Source of the DNA: Trichosphaerium sp. ATCC 40318
Lineage: Eukaryota; Protista; Tubulinea
Assembly: GCA_038496445.1 (NCBI GenBank)
Contig: JALMLS010000536.1
Span: forward strand, 1 to 64,000
Length of the DNA: 64,000 nucleotides
Direction: 5' to 3'
A program made the translations under genes and the position numbers. Under the pieces are notes generated by a model, which saw only the letters and a program-made list of their open reading frames with translations, had not been told where the DNA came from and searched no databases. Within the stretch, counting starts at the first letter, position 1. Each line of letters begins with the position of its first letter. Below are positions 13,113 through 25,562 of this stretch, piece by piece.

Positions 13113-14241
13113 TAGAATAGCTTTATTACCTTTCAACTACTGCTGAGTATGCGTTTTTCAGTGTTAAGTCACAGGAACTGAGAGTTTAGTTCCTGCCTTA
13201 TCTCGAATATTCATCGAATTAGAGCTGATATTCAGCTTTGTGGTTGAAAGAAAAGGATATTGTATCATGTTGTCTACAACTAGTATCCCGAAATGTATGT
13301 AGAGTTTCCTACAAGAGATAGAAATGTCGCTAGCAATGTATTGCGATGTACTCTGATTTGGCAGTATATTCACAACAACAACTTGTCCTCGTTTTTGTGA
13401 TTGTTTGTGCTGCGCTGGTATATTGTGATACGTGTACTACATGGGTCTGACCTACAGGAAGCGATACAGTTAACGAGGAAGCTTTAGTGTTGTTTTGTCA
13501 TTTTTAATCAAGTCTGGTGCTGGAATGTCAGACAATCCTTTTGCTACTGTAGGAGGTACTGGTTTAATTCCAACAGAGAAATAACGGAAATCTGGGTGTT
13601 TAGAAGCGTATAGGAGAACAGTGTACCAAGAACATGATTTGTTTTATGTATTGGGGGACGTTCAAAAAAATATGGGACCTACGAACTAAGTGCTCTAATT
13701 ATTACAGTGAAATAAATAAGAAAAAGTTCAATATTTTATGGCTTATTGCTTTCCTGACTATTACTGACACCCAAACTATCCAAATTCTTTGTGCCATAAC
13801 AAAAGGCTATCAGTTTGTTCACTGCGCTGAACGGCTATCTTGTGAACAGTTAAGTTATTATTCCACTTTTACTTGTGACCAGTATGACATTAACATATTA
13901 AAAGCACCAGAAAAGAATCCTCGCCAAACATATGACAAACCATAGCTAACCAAATGCCAAAGAAACAATAAATTAGTAACATATGAATTGCTATTACCGT
14001 TGTGCTTGATCTGTCCATTTGGAAGCCATTCTTTGCACGTGTCAGGTTTTTTATCATCAACCCAAATTCCATGCGTCTTCAGTTGTCCATTTACATACCA
14101 CTCTTTCACTTCACCATCTACATGACCATCAACGAATATGCGCTGTGATCTTAGTTGACCACTTCATACCATGTTTTGTATTCACCATTAGGTCCTTATC
14201 GTATATAACTTGTACAAATTCTTCAACTCCATGCCCTGAAT

Positions 14242-15420
14242 TTATTTGGAGTTCTTCTTCATAATAATTTCTCTCCCAGTCGTACAGTGTTTAAGACTTA
14301 TGAATTTAACACCAACCAAGTATTGTAATCCTTTATCTGTCACAGATGTACCATCAAGATAAATTGTATGTACTCCAGCGAGTGCCTTTAAAGTACTGTC
14401 ATCAACACAAGCAAAATCAGAAATATTTATGACTTTTACACCTGCCAATTGTTTTATCCCATCATTTGTTATAGAGGTACAACCAACCAAGTTAATGTGA
14501 TGTACACCAACTAAACATGATAGAGTATCATCTTTTAGTTGTGTACAACCATCAAGCCCTATACATGGTATACCTGCCAAAAGTTTCAACACATCATTTG
14601 ATATTTGAGTGCAGTTGTCAAGTTTAATTTTTTTAATCTTCTTTGTTGTTTGATTTCGTGTCAATAAATACTTTACTCCTTCATCAGTAATTTTCTTGCA
14701 GTCACAGAAGGATATGAAACTTGTGTTTGTTAGTGCTTTTACACTTTTATCAGTAATATTGCATCTGTCAAGCTTTATCTTGTGTACATTACCTGAGATG
14801 GCAATAACACCTTTGTCAGTAATTCTGAAGCAACTGGATACATCAATAGTGTGGACTCCAGAGAGTGCCGAAAGTCCTTTATCTGTTATATCCGTCCCTG
14901 TAATATCAACTGTGTGAATACCGCCAAGTTGTTGAAGCCAGTCATCTTTTACATACCCAAATGGTATCCTTAGTGTATGAATACCATGAAGTGATTTAAA
15001 ACTGCAACTACTTTTTTTTGTATGTAGTTTCAGAGAATGTACACCTGAAATATGTTCTAATATAGCTTCTGTTAACGAAATATAATCCCTTATATGGAGG
15101 TGACGGACACCAGAGATAGTTTTAAAGTCATCACCACTCATTGTAAAATTGCCACGAATAACTATTTTCGTATTTTTCAAAAGAGGACTTCCGTTTAGTT
15201 TGAATAGATCTTCTCTTGACTTGACAGTCACCCTTAAATACCCCAAATGCTCTAGAATGATTGTAGAAAACAGTTTACAAACAAACGTGGCAGATATACG
15301 GCATTTCTTGCCCAAAAATACCAGAATACAAAATATTATTTCTGTTGGCAGATAAACCAATTCTAATGGCCTACGCATATTGTCAGCACAATAAACAGGG
15401 TTTACGTTTAATTGAGCCAT
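14242..15420 (-). CDS. F-box + LRR protein, copy A (C-terminally truncated, chimeric tail)
   Basis: LVYLPTEIIFCILVFL (F-box) followed by GVHTIxLxxCxxITDxG repeats; near-identical to 42230-43367. Confidence 0.85.
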   Translation of the reverse strand: MAQLNVNPVYCADNMRRPLELVYLPTEIIFCILVFLGKKCRISATFVCKLFSTIILEHLGYLRVTVKSREDLFKLNGSPLLKNTKIVIRGNFTMSGDDFKTISGVRHLHIRDYISLTEAILEHISGVHSLKLHTKKSSCSFKSLHGIHTLRIPFGYVKDDWLQQLGGIHTVDITGTDITDKGLSALSGVHTIDVSSCFRITDKGVIAISGNVHKIKLDRCNITDKSVKALTNTSFISFCDCKKITDEGVKYLLTRNQTTKKIKKIKLDNCTQISNDVLKLLAGIPCIGLDGCTQLKDDTLSCLVGVHHINLVGCTSITNDGIKQLAGVKVINISDFACVDDSTLKALAGVHTIYLDGTSVTDKGLQYLVGVKFISLKHCTTGREIIMKKNSK

Positions 15421-15716
15421 AAACGGCCTAATTAATGTGTGAGAACATACTCTGAAGAACTAAGCATCGTTTAATCTCGCAAATGTTGTTCAAGCAATGG
15501 CAGAATAATATTGTAAACACGTGAAAAAAAACTGCCTTAATTTCACAATCAAGTAAAAATAGACTTGCGTTCAATGTAACTGCTTTACTTATTGGTTAAA
15601 CACTGAAAATACAGGTGGTATTAAGGGAATTATGTAGGGGTTTTGAATTATTTTGGAACGAAACAGAGACAATTATCTTTCGAAAAAAAAGGCTAAAAAC
15701 ACTCGGGATAATTTTC

Positions 15717-16661
15717 CTAGTATGAATAGCCCTTAGTGCCATTCCTTCGCCCCATGGATGGTCGTCTTTCCAGGCATTCCATTCATGGTCTTTCTTAAGT
15801 TGGTCTTCATCTTCATCAGAACCAAGCTCCTCAAGCCTTTTCTTCTCTTTTTCTTCACTAAGAAACATTAATAACAACATTTACTCCTAAAACACGCCAA
15901 GAAATAAGGGCTTTACAAAGCAATTTGAGGCATGCAATCTTTTTATTTCTGTTTTTCCAAAAAAGTTGACATTCTTGCGTACCTCTAATATCTTGGTTGG
16001 AAGCCTCCAGTGAGCATTAAATATGTCTTGTGCTTGAGCATGTGAATCAATTTTAAATGTTTTGAATGGTGGCTAATAAAAGAGAGTTAAGCACGTGGCC
16101 AAGTAAACACAAAAGAAGTATACCGCTTTGTGATTTGGTTCGGATTTAGGTAATGGCTTTTCTTCCTTGATTCTCAGACACATAAACTCTAAAATCTCAA
16201 CAAACTCATCAAGGGCTTTACCAATAGCAATCTAAATAGTCATTAAGAAGGCTTGTAAACGAAAAAAAAAAGACAACTTTTGGAGGTTATAAAATACCTC
16301 GATCAGTGTCTTGGCTTGTTGACGTTCAAGTTCTTCATCATCGTAGCCTTCGTCTTGGCCCTTACGCGAACGTTTAACCTTTAATGTCAAGATATCCTAG
16401 TGATGAGTATTAGTGATGAAGCTGTTAAGAGAAGGTTTATTTAAAGCTTACTCTCAGAAGCTTTTCTGCTTTCTTTTCTCGGTTTGCTCTTTCTATTTTT
16501 TCATTACGACGCTCTTCTGCTGTTTCTTTGCCCTCTCGCTCGAATGTGGCAATATCCTAGAAGCCGTTTTATTAGCTGTGAACGATTACTGCCTGTCAAC
16601 TGCTTTTTTGTTTATTGGTCATCGCAAAATGCATAATGATAAGACTTGGACGTACCTGCTT
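15717..16661 (-). pseudogene. Partial TAP42/alpha4 duplicate (3' exons only, with deletions)
   Basis: Matches 40877-41931 (..WNAWKDDHPWGEG); lacks the 5' exons and about 100 bp around 41620-41720. Confidence 0.85.
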
Positions 16662-17358
16662 TTACCATTAAGAACCGTATACTTTGTCATGAGTTGTCCA
16701 TTCTCATACCACCTTTTTCTCCATTCTTTATGTACTCTTGACAACGAACTTTCCCATTGTGGTACCATCCTATCCATTTTCCTTTTTTGCTTAGGTTTAC
16801 ATCAAAATGTGTTTATAGCTGCTCTTTTCGATAGTGTATGGAATTTAGTGAATGCTTCAGCGTTGAAAGTACAAAGATACTTTTGAATTTCACAAGGGAG
16901 ATCAAGTACACTTAAAGAAGACATCTAAACTGACACGTGGTTGTATGATAAAACAGTTAAGGTGTGGTAGCCTGCTTGTACTTGGCTTTAAAGGTGGCTA
17001 AATAAAGATTGTTACTAGGGTGTAAACTATGATATGTGGTTATCCTGCAAGTTAAACAATGTGGTCAAAATGTCTCCTAATTTTGTTTTCTGGTAAAAGC
17101 AACGCAATGTTTAACTTGAAGGATACAAAAATACGAGAAATATTATAAAGAGCACAGTGTTGCCGAAATTAGTTGAAGAAAACAAATTAGAGCTCGTGGG
17201 CGTAAAGACCATACCTTTAATTCAAATCGTCGTTTTACAATATGGCGTAGTGAGTTGCTCGTTCAAGCGACCTATAAAGGAATTTTGTTAAGTACCAGTT
17301 TGGGCCATTAAGCGACCTGTGAAAATTCGTTTCTGGACTCATAACATTTTAGCAGCTG

Positions 17359-18851
17359 ATGGACGCTAATAACGAAACGTACCATGAAAGAACAAAAGTG
17401 AAGGCTGTAATTTAACTAACGAAATTAGTAAAATCTCTGATAATGGTGGTCTTCTTCACTTGCCCGTGGAGATACTAGCCTACTCCTTATCGTACTTAAC
17501 AGGACGTTTTAATATTTCCATGACATGTTGGAAGTTATTTAATACTATTCAAAATCACGTGGGTTACAACAGGGTTTTTATCAGATCGTCAAATGATTGT
17601 ATCCGTATTTCTAAAAGTCCTCTTCTTCTTAACACTCAAATTGATTTAACACGGTTTGATAACCTTTTAGATGAAGATCTTATTACTCTAAAAGGCGCAA
17701 AATACGTATCCACAGGATACAGTCCAAAAATTACTGACCGAGGGTTACAGGCGCTAGCTGGAGTCAAACAACTTTACCTAGATCTATGTAAAAACATTAC
17801 TGATGAAGGTCTTAAAGCTATTGCTGGCGTTAAACGTGTAGCTATCAGCGAATGCTATGGTATAACAAGCGAGGGCATCAAGGCATTGGCTGGAGCTCAC
17901 TGGGTGAATTTAGACGGTCTTCCTTCAGTGAATGATGAAGCTCTAAAGTCGTTGGTTGGTGTTCATTTTTTAAGTGTTAATAAGTGTGATAATATATCTG
18001 ATTCAGGTATTTCCTGTCTTGTGGGTGTACACACAATACGTGTAAATAATACAAACATTACAGATAATGGTGTAATACCACTAACACATTCAGAAAAGCC
18101 TATCCACGAAATATGCCTGGCACATTCTTCTATTACTGATAAATCACTTCACGCTCTTTCTGGTGTTCACACCATAAATCTATCGTATTGCACTAAAATT
18201 ACAGATAATGGTATTAGAGCTTTATCAGGTGTTCATACTATTAACTTGATAAATACGAGGGTGAGTGACAATGGTCTTGAGGCGCTTGGTGGAGTTTACT
18301 GTATAAGATTAGAAAACAATGATTTGGTTACTGATAAAGGCATCAAGTTCCTCAAGGGTGTCCATACTATCTCATTGTGTAATATTTCCGTAACTGATGA
18401 AGGTATAAAGTATCTTGGAAGTGCTCCTACAGGTTGTAAAAAACTGAAAGGCGTTCATACTATTCACCTTTCTGAAACTAAAGTAACAGATGAAGGCATT
18501 AAAGCGCTTGCTGGTGTTCACACTATCCACCTTATTCGCACCTCAGTTACAGATGAAGGTATAAAACAACTAGGAAACAGTGTTAGGTCAATTTTGTTAT
18601 ATAATATCAACGTCACTGATGAAGGATTGAGAGAACTTAAGTGTGTTGAGCAAGCTTTGCTATATGAATGTGGAAATATTACAAATGAAGGAGTTAAAAG
18701 TATGGTATCGGTAAAGTACTTGGTAGTTTATAATTGTAGTAAAGTTACTGACGAATGTCTTTCACCTCTTACTCAATTAACTAGTGCATCATTGAATAGT
18801 GTTTCATATACAAAACAAGAGCTTGATCAATTGCGATTAAACTCTTTATAG
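17359..18851 (+). CDS. F-box + LRR protein (divergent paralog, one short 5' intron)
   Basis: ATG at 17359 and intron about 17379-17428 give MDANNETKISDNGGLLHLPVEILAYSLSYL (F-box), followed by many GVHTIxLxxTxVTDEGIKAL repeats in a single exon. Confidence 0.9.
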
Positions 18852-19129
18852 ACCAAATGCACTTTGTAACAGTCGACTGACCATTGTCTTAGACATTAAC
18901 AGAAACGTAAAAACAAAGCCAGAAAAAAACAGGAAACCAATAAAAATTAAGGCCTTAAACACAAACTGTACACAAGTTCTGATACTGGTTTAGTGCACAA
19001 ATATAGATGAGAACTAGACCTTTCCAGTTTACATGAATATAAGTCAACTAAATGGATTTCTCTGTAGTAAACACAAACTATTGCAAAACCAGCACCTTTT
19101 CACATTTTTTTCTCCTTGTGTCACATTCT

Positions 19130-20420
19130 AATACTTGTTCTCCTGCGAAAACATCCAAGTATCACATGTACAGTACATGGAGTAAAAAATACCTAGAAAC
19201 CGTTATGCAAAAGAGGTTCTGATTTCTTTGAAGGTAGTGAACGTAAATACAGTGGACAAAACAAGGCGTTACAAGATGATTGTATTACAGAGTTACAATC
19301 AAAAGTTATTGGTCAGGTGTGAAACCATACCATTCAGTGCATTGTATTCCTTTTACACAAAGAGATTTCGTAATTAAGTAATCATATTCGCTTCCACCAC
19401 AAACACGATTAAAAGATTCAGCTCGGAAGCCAATTGTTGGTTTCCCAAGAGTGAGTCTTGCGCGTCTCTGTGGATGACGTAAAAGGTGCTTAATATCCGC
19501 ACATTTATCTATATCATCTACTAACGCATTGATGCGCTTAACCCAGATATTAAAGCCACCATGGAACCTACCCAACTGTAAGAAAAAACAAACAACTGTG
19601 ACCGTAAGAAAAAAACTTTTCGTTTGTACCCTGGAACTGGACACCACATCACAACATCTGGATTTCCAAAGCACGTGACACATTTCAGTTGAGGTCTAAG
19701 AACAATATTTTGTAGAACCGTCTCTGGTAGTTCTTCTGTCATAGCTTCATTCAATTTATCTGTAAGTGCTTTCATTTCTGCTTCATCAGCAAAACAGATC
19801 TTTGGATCTCCGTAGCATCTCGGTTTCAACAGCACTAACAAGTCTTTGTGACCGTTTAACTTAGCAACATCATACGCAGTGTTTCCATTGGCATCTATAT
19901 AAACTTAGCGCTGGCACGAAGCAGAAAAAAACAAAGAAAGGAGGAGCATACCTGTGTACCATGTCATTTGAGGAACAATCAATAAAATCTTCTTTAAAAC
20001 ATCACGTGGTGAACCTTTTCTTGCAATAACGTGCAAAAAGCTCTCCATTGGACAAATCTCAGGGTCAGTACTGAACATACCGAATACTGAAGCCTCTGGA
20101 ATGTACTCCCCAATTTCGAACGTTTTCTCCCAATTTCCTTCTTCGGCATTTGTAAACGCTTTATCGAGCAAATCTTTAGCCTCTGAGTTTATACACATAT
20201 CGTCGCACCAATATACTCTTTTTATTGATTGTGCAGCCGGTTTAAGCTCTTTCCGTAAGAATAACCAATCAGATGATACAGTTTTCAACGCTGAGGTGTT
20301 TGATAGCCATGATAACGTTTTTGAAACGCATAAAAGGGTAGGATAGGACTCTGATGCTTCGTTACTAATTATATAAGCTATAATTTCTCTGGGCAGTTCT
20401 AGGAGGTATGGAGTTGCCAT
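19130..20420 (-). CDS. F-box + ankyrin-repeat protein with Cys-rich C-terminal region (3' end approximate)
   Basis: MATPYLLELPREIIAYII (F-box-like); ESFLHVIARKG and DANGNTAYDVAKLNGHKDLLVLL (ankyrin); CVTC..WCPVPG. Confidence 0.65.
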
Positions 20421-21060
20421 TTCTGTGCGTTTTGTCGTAGCAGTCAAGTCCGAGTGCTGACTTAACACAAGATTTGCGGCTGAATTTCGCAGAAATTTTG
20501 CAGCGTATTCCTTTGAGAACTACCTCGTTGATTGTTTTGAGTGAGAATTTTCTAGTATGATAAACACATTGTATATACGTTCTAGGAGTATGTTACAACA
20601 ATCACCTCGTGTAATTGCAGAAAATTCTTCTTGAACGTGATAACATTCGCCTCCTTGATCAGCTATTTTGTGCAGCTAAACACAAACAAACAACTAAGAC
20701 CACGTTTTCCATCAAGTTGCCTACTATAGTGCAGATGGTTTCTAAGCTGGACAATATGACTGTAGCTCAGATATCAGAGCATATCCTAATTGAGGCGGGT
20801 GTTTAACACGGGCCAGTTTTTCATAGTGGTTGTAGGTCACTAACAAAACGAATGTTCGAGTTGGATCTCATGTCCAATAGAAAAAAATTATGACATGAGA
20901 AAATGTTCCTCACTTTGACGTTTTGCTGCAACTAAAAAACCAAGTATATAATATGGCCTAATAACGCCCAAATAGAAAAATGTTTGGGAATGGCACATAC
21001 ACCAAGCAAGCCATTTCGAAATAAAGTTCAAGTAGTTTTTAGGGTAAAGAAAGCCTTTAT

Positions 21061-21823
21061 TTATTCTTTAATTACATAACGTTTATCGCATATAAATGTA
21101 CCAACTGCGGTGTAAGTAGTTACAGGAATAGAATTCTCATTCTTGACTTTGTAGTAGCATCCACCTAGGCTAGAACCGTCCACAGTCATTCTGTAGTGGT
21201 TCTCAGGTGTAAGAGATACAGCATTGTTGGCTAGGACTTTCATACGAGAAGCAAACTTAACCTCTTTTGTTTCGGCTATCTGCCAAGAGAAACCAACAAA
21301 AAAGGAATGCGTGGTCGTACTAAAAGGTGGAAACATTATCTTAACAGATGGTTCTCCGTATCTCCAAGGTTCTTTAGATTTCTTAAGTTCAAAGTAATCT
21401 GGGTAATCTTTCTTAAATTCGACTTCGTAGTTACCTCCAGGGAGATAACGCGTATGTTCCTCGACGTAGCCGTCTTCTGTGGCTTAAAAAAAAGTCAATT
21501 CATCGGAATTTACATTGTGTTGCACAAACTGTTGTTTTTTCGCTTTTAATTAACGTACACATAGATACTGTAATCAAGTCTATGACTTCTTTTTGTTTTA
21601 TAACCCACGTAGCTCCTTGTTCTAGAAATTGCGCGTGTAGAGGTGTTTCATGCGGCTGAAAGATTGTTGGGGAGTATGTTACGTTTTTATAGAACTTGAA
21701 CAAGTTATCACCAGCTTCGTTGTGAGTGCGAAACTCAACATTGTAAGGCCTTGGATACCGTTGAGAAGCTACTAGTGCTACTGCACATAGTATCAGGAGA
21801 GATATACAAGCAGTTGTGGACAT
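21061..21823 (-). CDS. Hypothetical secreted protein (3 exons)
   Basis: Signal peptide MSTTACISLLILCAVALVASQ; exons splice in frame to the stop at 21061. Confidence 0.6.
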
Positions 21824-22699
21824 GTTTATGGTATACAAACTATGAAAACTGCGAAAATAGGGAAAATTCGCCTTTTTCGACGTTACACTAGTGTAAAAAA
21901 AAAACAGTTTCTGTTTTGCTTAGCAATAGAATTAACTAATCGCAAGCGATAGTATTCGCGAAAAAATGAGAAGTGACGTTTTTCTTATTCTTTTGGGATT
22001 CTCAACAACTTTGGGGGAGGACTAATTAATGCCTGTTGTTTTATGATAGGCATTGTCGTAGGAGCCAAAAACAAGTACTAATATAGTATTACCATACCCA
22101 TTTCTAGATGCTTTTTCCTAAATTGCACCTTGTTTTTCATTCTATTCTCAAGTCCTGGATTTTTACGTTCAGAATCTTGAAATACTTAAGCCAAACAGGT
22201 CCATCAACTACCCACGTACAAGAAAATTGCAGCGGAGCATTTGTATGTTCAATCATTGTTTGTTGCCAACTTGATCTGATAGGTACCAATACGATGTAGC
22301 TCAGCAGTCGAGTCAAAAAAGAAACAAGAGTTTGTGAGACGCTAGTTGTGTTCTATAAACAAACAATCCAACAACAATGCGGTAGGTAGCTGCGTAGGTT
22401 TACCAAAGTAGCTCTAATGATATCTTTACTGTGCAACACAAAAAACAATGCAAAAGTGTTTCAATCAGCCATTATTTATTTGACAAATATGTATTGATTA
22501 CACGCCATCCCATGTGATAATACGAATGAAAATAGTAAGATTCATTCCTATTTTTTATGTACAATATCATCATTTCATTGCTTCAACTGAAGCAACAAAG
22601 AGAAAGGGTTTTTAAGTTTGAAGTTTTTTTTTCGATTTTTTCCAAAGGGTTTTTTTTTTTGGGGTTGATTTTAGTTTCAATTTTCTTGCTCCATTACCT

Positions 22700-25330
22700 C
22701 TATACCCATCTAAAACATAATAAGAATCTTGCACAAGGTATTAAAGAACCACTTTAAAGTAATTCTATAGAATAAGAGGAGACGTACACGTCGTAATTTA
22801 GCAAAAGGGAACATTCGAGTAAACAGTAATTGCTGCCTTATTCGACCTATACGCCAAAAGGGTCAATACAATTCAATAACTTGATCTTAATATTTACCTT
22901 TCAAGTGGCACTCTGAAACATAACACCATTGCTTAGAACGCTCGTTACAAAGTATATTTGTAATACGCCTACCGCTCTCTATACATTTCTTAATATCTTG
23001 CTTCAATTCATCGGTTTCGTGTATAAACTTTTTATCTACGCGCTGCTTCAAATCTACAAAAAAAAATCCTATCAATAACTACGCGCATAGTGTATGTACG
23101 AGTGAGTGTTACGCGAACCTAATAATTTTTTATTACTCTCTCCAAAAGCCCACCAAACAAATTGATGTGTCATAGTTATCAACGTAATATACTTATCTAA
23201 ATTGAAAGATGTGAGCTTTGTTTTGTTTTTGTAGAATGGCATTTGATGCAAAAAAAGACCTCAAGCCTTTACCTTTTCTAACCATTGGCTCTACAACGCG
23301 ATCAAGGTATGGTCGTCCTTGCATTAACTGACTTCTATGTCCTGTTACATCTGTACCATAAATAAATACCCATTTACGCTCTGCACCAATCGCATGCATT
23401 ACTCTACAAAAAACAGTCAAAACAACCCTTGACTTACTGATTTGATTAAAAAAACGTCAGCCAGTACCTCTTTTTTGCCTTCCAGATACCATATAACTTA
23501 TCTCTTGGATATAACGTCTCTGGATGTATATCTATAAGCTGTTCTGGCAAATCATCCACTTCCTCAGACACCACATACCATAACCCGTTCGAAGCTTTTA
23601 GTGTACATCGTACACGCTCCGTTTTTATTATTTCTACTAGTTTCATAAATAATACATCAACAGAACCTAAGTCATATCAACACTGTTAAGCTAGTCTTCC
23701 AATAAGGAAGGTTCTTTGTGTACCCCTGAACATCCTAACGGTTTGTTTTTTTACGCGCTCATCTGTACCAAGTACAATAGCGAATCCAACACTTGGATTA
23801 CCATATTTCTAATATATATCGTTAGCACAGCTCGTTTTTGTAGATTTTCTTCAAAATAAAATCGACAAATAAAACCATCATCTACGCGTACGCAATAAGT
23901 TATACTAATGATATGTTGTGGCCCTGTGAACCGTTGCCACCGATTTGTGAGTTTAACAAGTCTATAAAATTGTTTACAAACGAGTCCAACAGTACGAAAT
24001 TCAGCAGATAGTCTAATAGGTAAATGCTCTAAAATATAAACAAGAAGTTCGTCTGGAATATGAGAAATGTGTTCTAAGTTCAGGATCAGCAAAAAAAAAT
24101 GAGAAAGGAAAAAACTAAAAAAAAAAATTACGTATTGCTTGACGCGTAGTTAACGCGGCACGTTGTGCCTCCACACTTGGTTTTATTAATTGTACTAATG
24201 CGTCTATTTCTGGGTCATCTCCATACCATAATGCTGTTTTGTGTAAGTACAGTGGAAGTGTTAAAAAAAATATTTTAGGAAATGTGCAAAAAAAAGACCA
24301 GCTAAAAAGCAATTGTACCTGTTTGGAAATCACTCAGAGCGCTGAAGTACTCTTCCATAAGCATAAAAATCTTCCCACGTACAACATATGCTCTTTGATA
24401 ACCAGCATTAACAGTTATAGCGCGATTACAATCTTCCAAAGCATCATCAAGACGTTTCATATCAAGCAAACATTCAGCCCTATTTCAGAAAAATTAACAC
24501 TCGTTTCTCTCGCCTTCTATGAACCACAAGTGTTTAAAAAACCGGCAACTGTGTACACAATAAAATGTATAATATACAGTACGTACCTTAGAGTAAACGT
24601 CAAAGCCGCAGGGTTGATGGACAGCGATTCGTTGAATTTACGAATAGCACCTGACGAGAATCTTGTTAAACAATGAAACGTTTTAACTAGGTTTTATTAC
24701 CAGCGTAGTCGAAACACCAATGAGCTCTAGCAGCTTGAATAGCTATATCTGCTGCCTTTTCAACTTCTACTGTCCCTTGAGCGCTGCTTTCGTCACCATA
24801 TTCTAGTTGTATGTCTATACGCGGTTAGTTAGGTATTATGACTAGATTTTTTTATGGTTGTTTGGCGTACCGAATTCTTCCGGTTCTGGGCTAGCAGCTG
24901 CGCTTTGTTGCTCTTGTTTTCGTTTATTTCTAAGGAAAGGAAACCACCCAAATAGCCGCTGATACGAAATTAACGGCAAATTGCTTTACGTATATGCGTA
25001 CGAGGTTTTCTAGCCTTCTGAACTTCGCCAAAACGCCATCAGGGCTGGCACTCGAGTGAGAGACTTTAAATTTATAGTAAGCACGTACGATGTCCTACCG
25101 TTACCACCCGAACCACTATGAAACGGCTTGTAGCTGTCTAAGAAGTTTTTCACAAATGACAATTCAGCATTTTCTATTGCGTCAGGGTTATGCCGCACAT
25201 ACTATTATTGGTATTAGTCTTTGCGTTCCGCGTATATACGCGCCTCTAGTACAAATTTTACCGTCTGAAGCTGCTCTTTTGTAATGGAGGTATCTCCTAG
25301 TTCGGAAAAATCTTCTTGCGTTGTTGACAT
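22700..25330 (-). CDS. Hip/ST13-like N-domain + TPR fused to an F-box and an unknown C-terminal domain
   Basis: MRHNPDAIENAELSFVKNFLDS (Hip dimerisation-like); AIRKFNESLSINP..RAECLLDMKRLDDALEDCNRAITVNAGYQRAYVVRGK (TPR); in-frame splice to HIPDELLVYILEHLP..VGLVCKQFYRL (F-box). Confidence 0.75.
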
Positions 25331-25562
25331 GAGCTAGAGCATTCAAAAAAGAATTCGTGTTTTTTTGCGCTTGTAGATTTCGTCGTGATTGTACTTTTCG
25401 TTTTGAAAGCACAAAGAGCGTCGTTGTTAACCCTAGACAGACGTGTCAAGCTGCTTTGTATTAAGTCCGCTTTAAAAAACCGCTAACCACTCGCGACACT
25501 TCATAAAAAAGGCTGGTTTTGCGTCAAAAGATGCGCGAAGTTACTTTCTTATTCAGTGTTCG

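Larger units (their letters stand above)
14194..16661 (-). repeat. Inverted segmental duplicate of 40877-44156 with internal deletions
   Basis: Reverse complement is near-identical to the TAP42 3' half (introns included), the intergenic DNA, F-box-LRR copy B up to 43367, and then 44061-44156. Confidence 0.95.
13858..16924 (-). pseudogene. F-box + MORN-variant (MORN_2/YwqK-type) repeat pseudogene, split by an insertion at 14194-16661
   Basis: 5' half (16924-16662): MSSLSVLDLPCEIQKYL (F-box), in-frame TGA, GKWIGWYHNGK, RWYENGQLMTKYTVLNGK. 3' half (14193-13858): PNGEYKTWYE, GQLRSQRIFVDGHVDGEVKEWYVNGQLKTHGIWVDDK..KEWLPNGQ. Frameshifts are present. Confidence 0.8.

Noticed and set aside
14194-16661. 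Helitron, Pack-MULE or retrocopy origin of the insert
   Set aside because: No 5' TC or 3' hairpin-CTRR ends, no terminal inverted repeats or target-site duplication, and introns are retained.
14194-16661. Assembly artefact (false duplication)
   Set aside because: The copy has many substitutions and its own deletions, and it interrupts a gene that rejoins in frame. Long reads would still be the final test.
16413-16886. 157-aa ORF and its twin at 40844-41125
   Set aside because: Antisense shadows of TAP42 exons and introns and of the F-box-MORN fragment.
13858-20420. Integrated giant-virus genome segment
   Set aside because: No NCLDV hallmark genes (capsid, polB, packaging ATPase, VLTF3); virus-like genes are interleaved with intron-rich host genes and some carry introns themselves.
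20615-20806. 63-aa ORF
   Set aside because: No ATG start or recognisable motif, and I could not link it to other exons.
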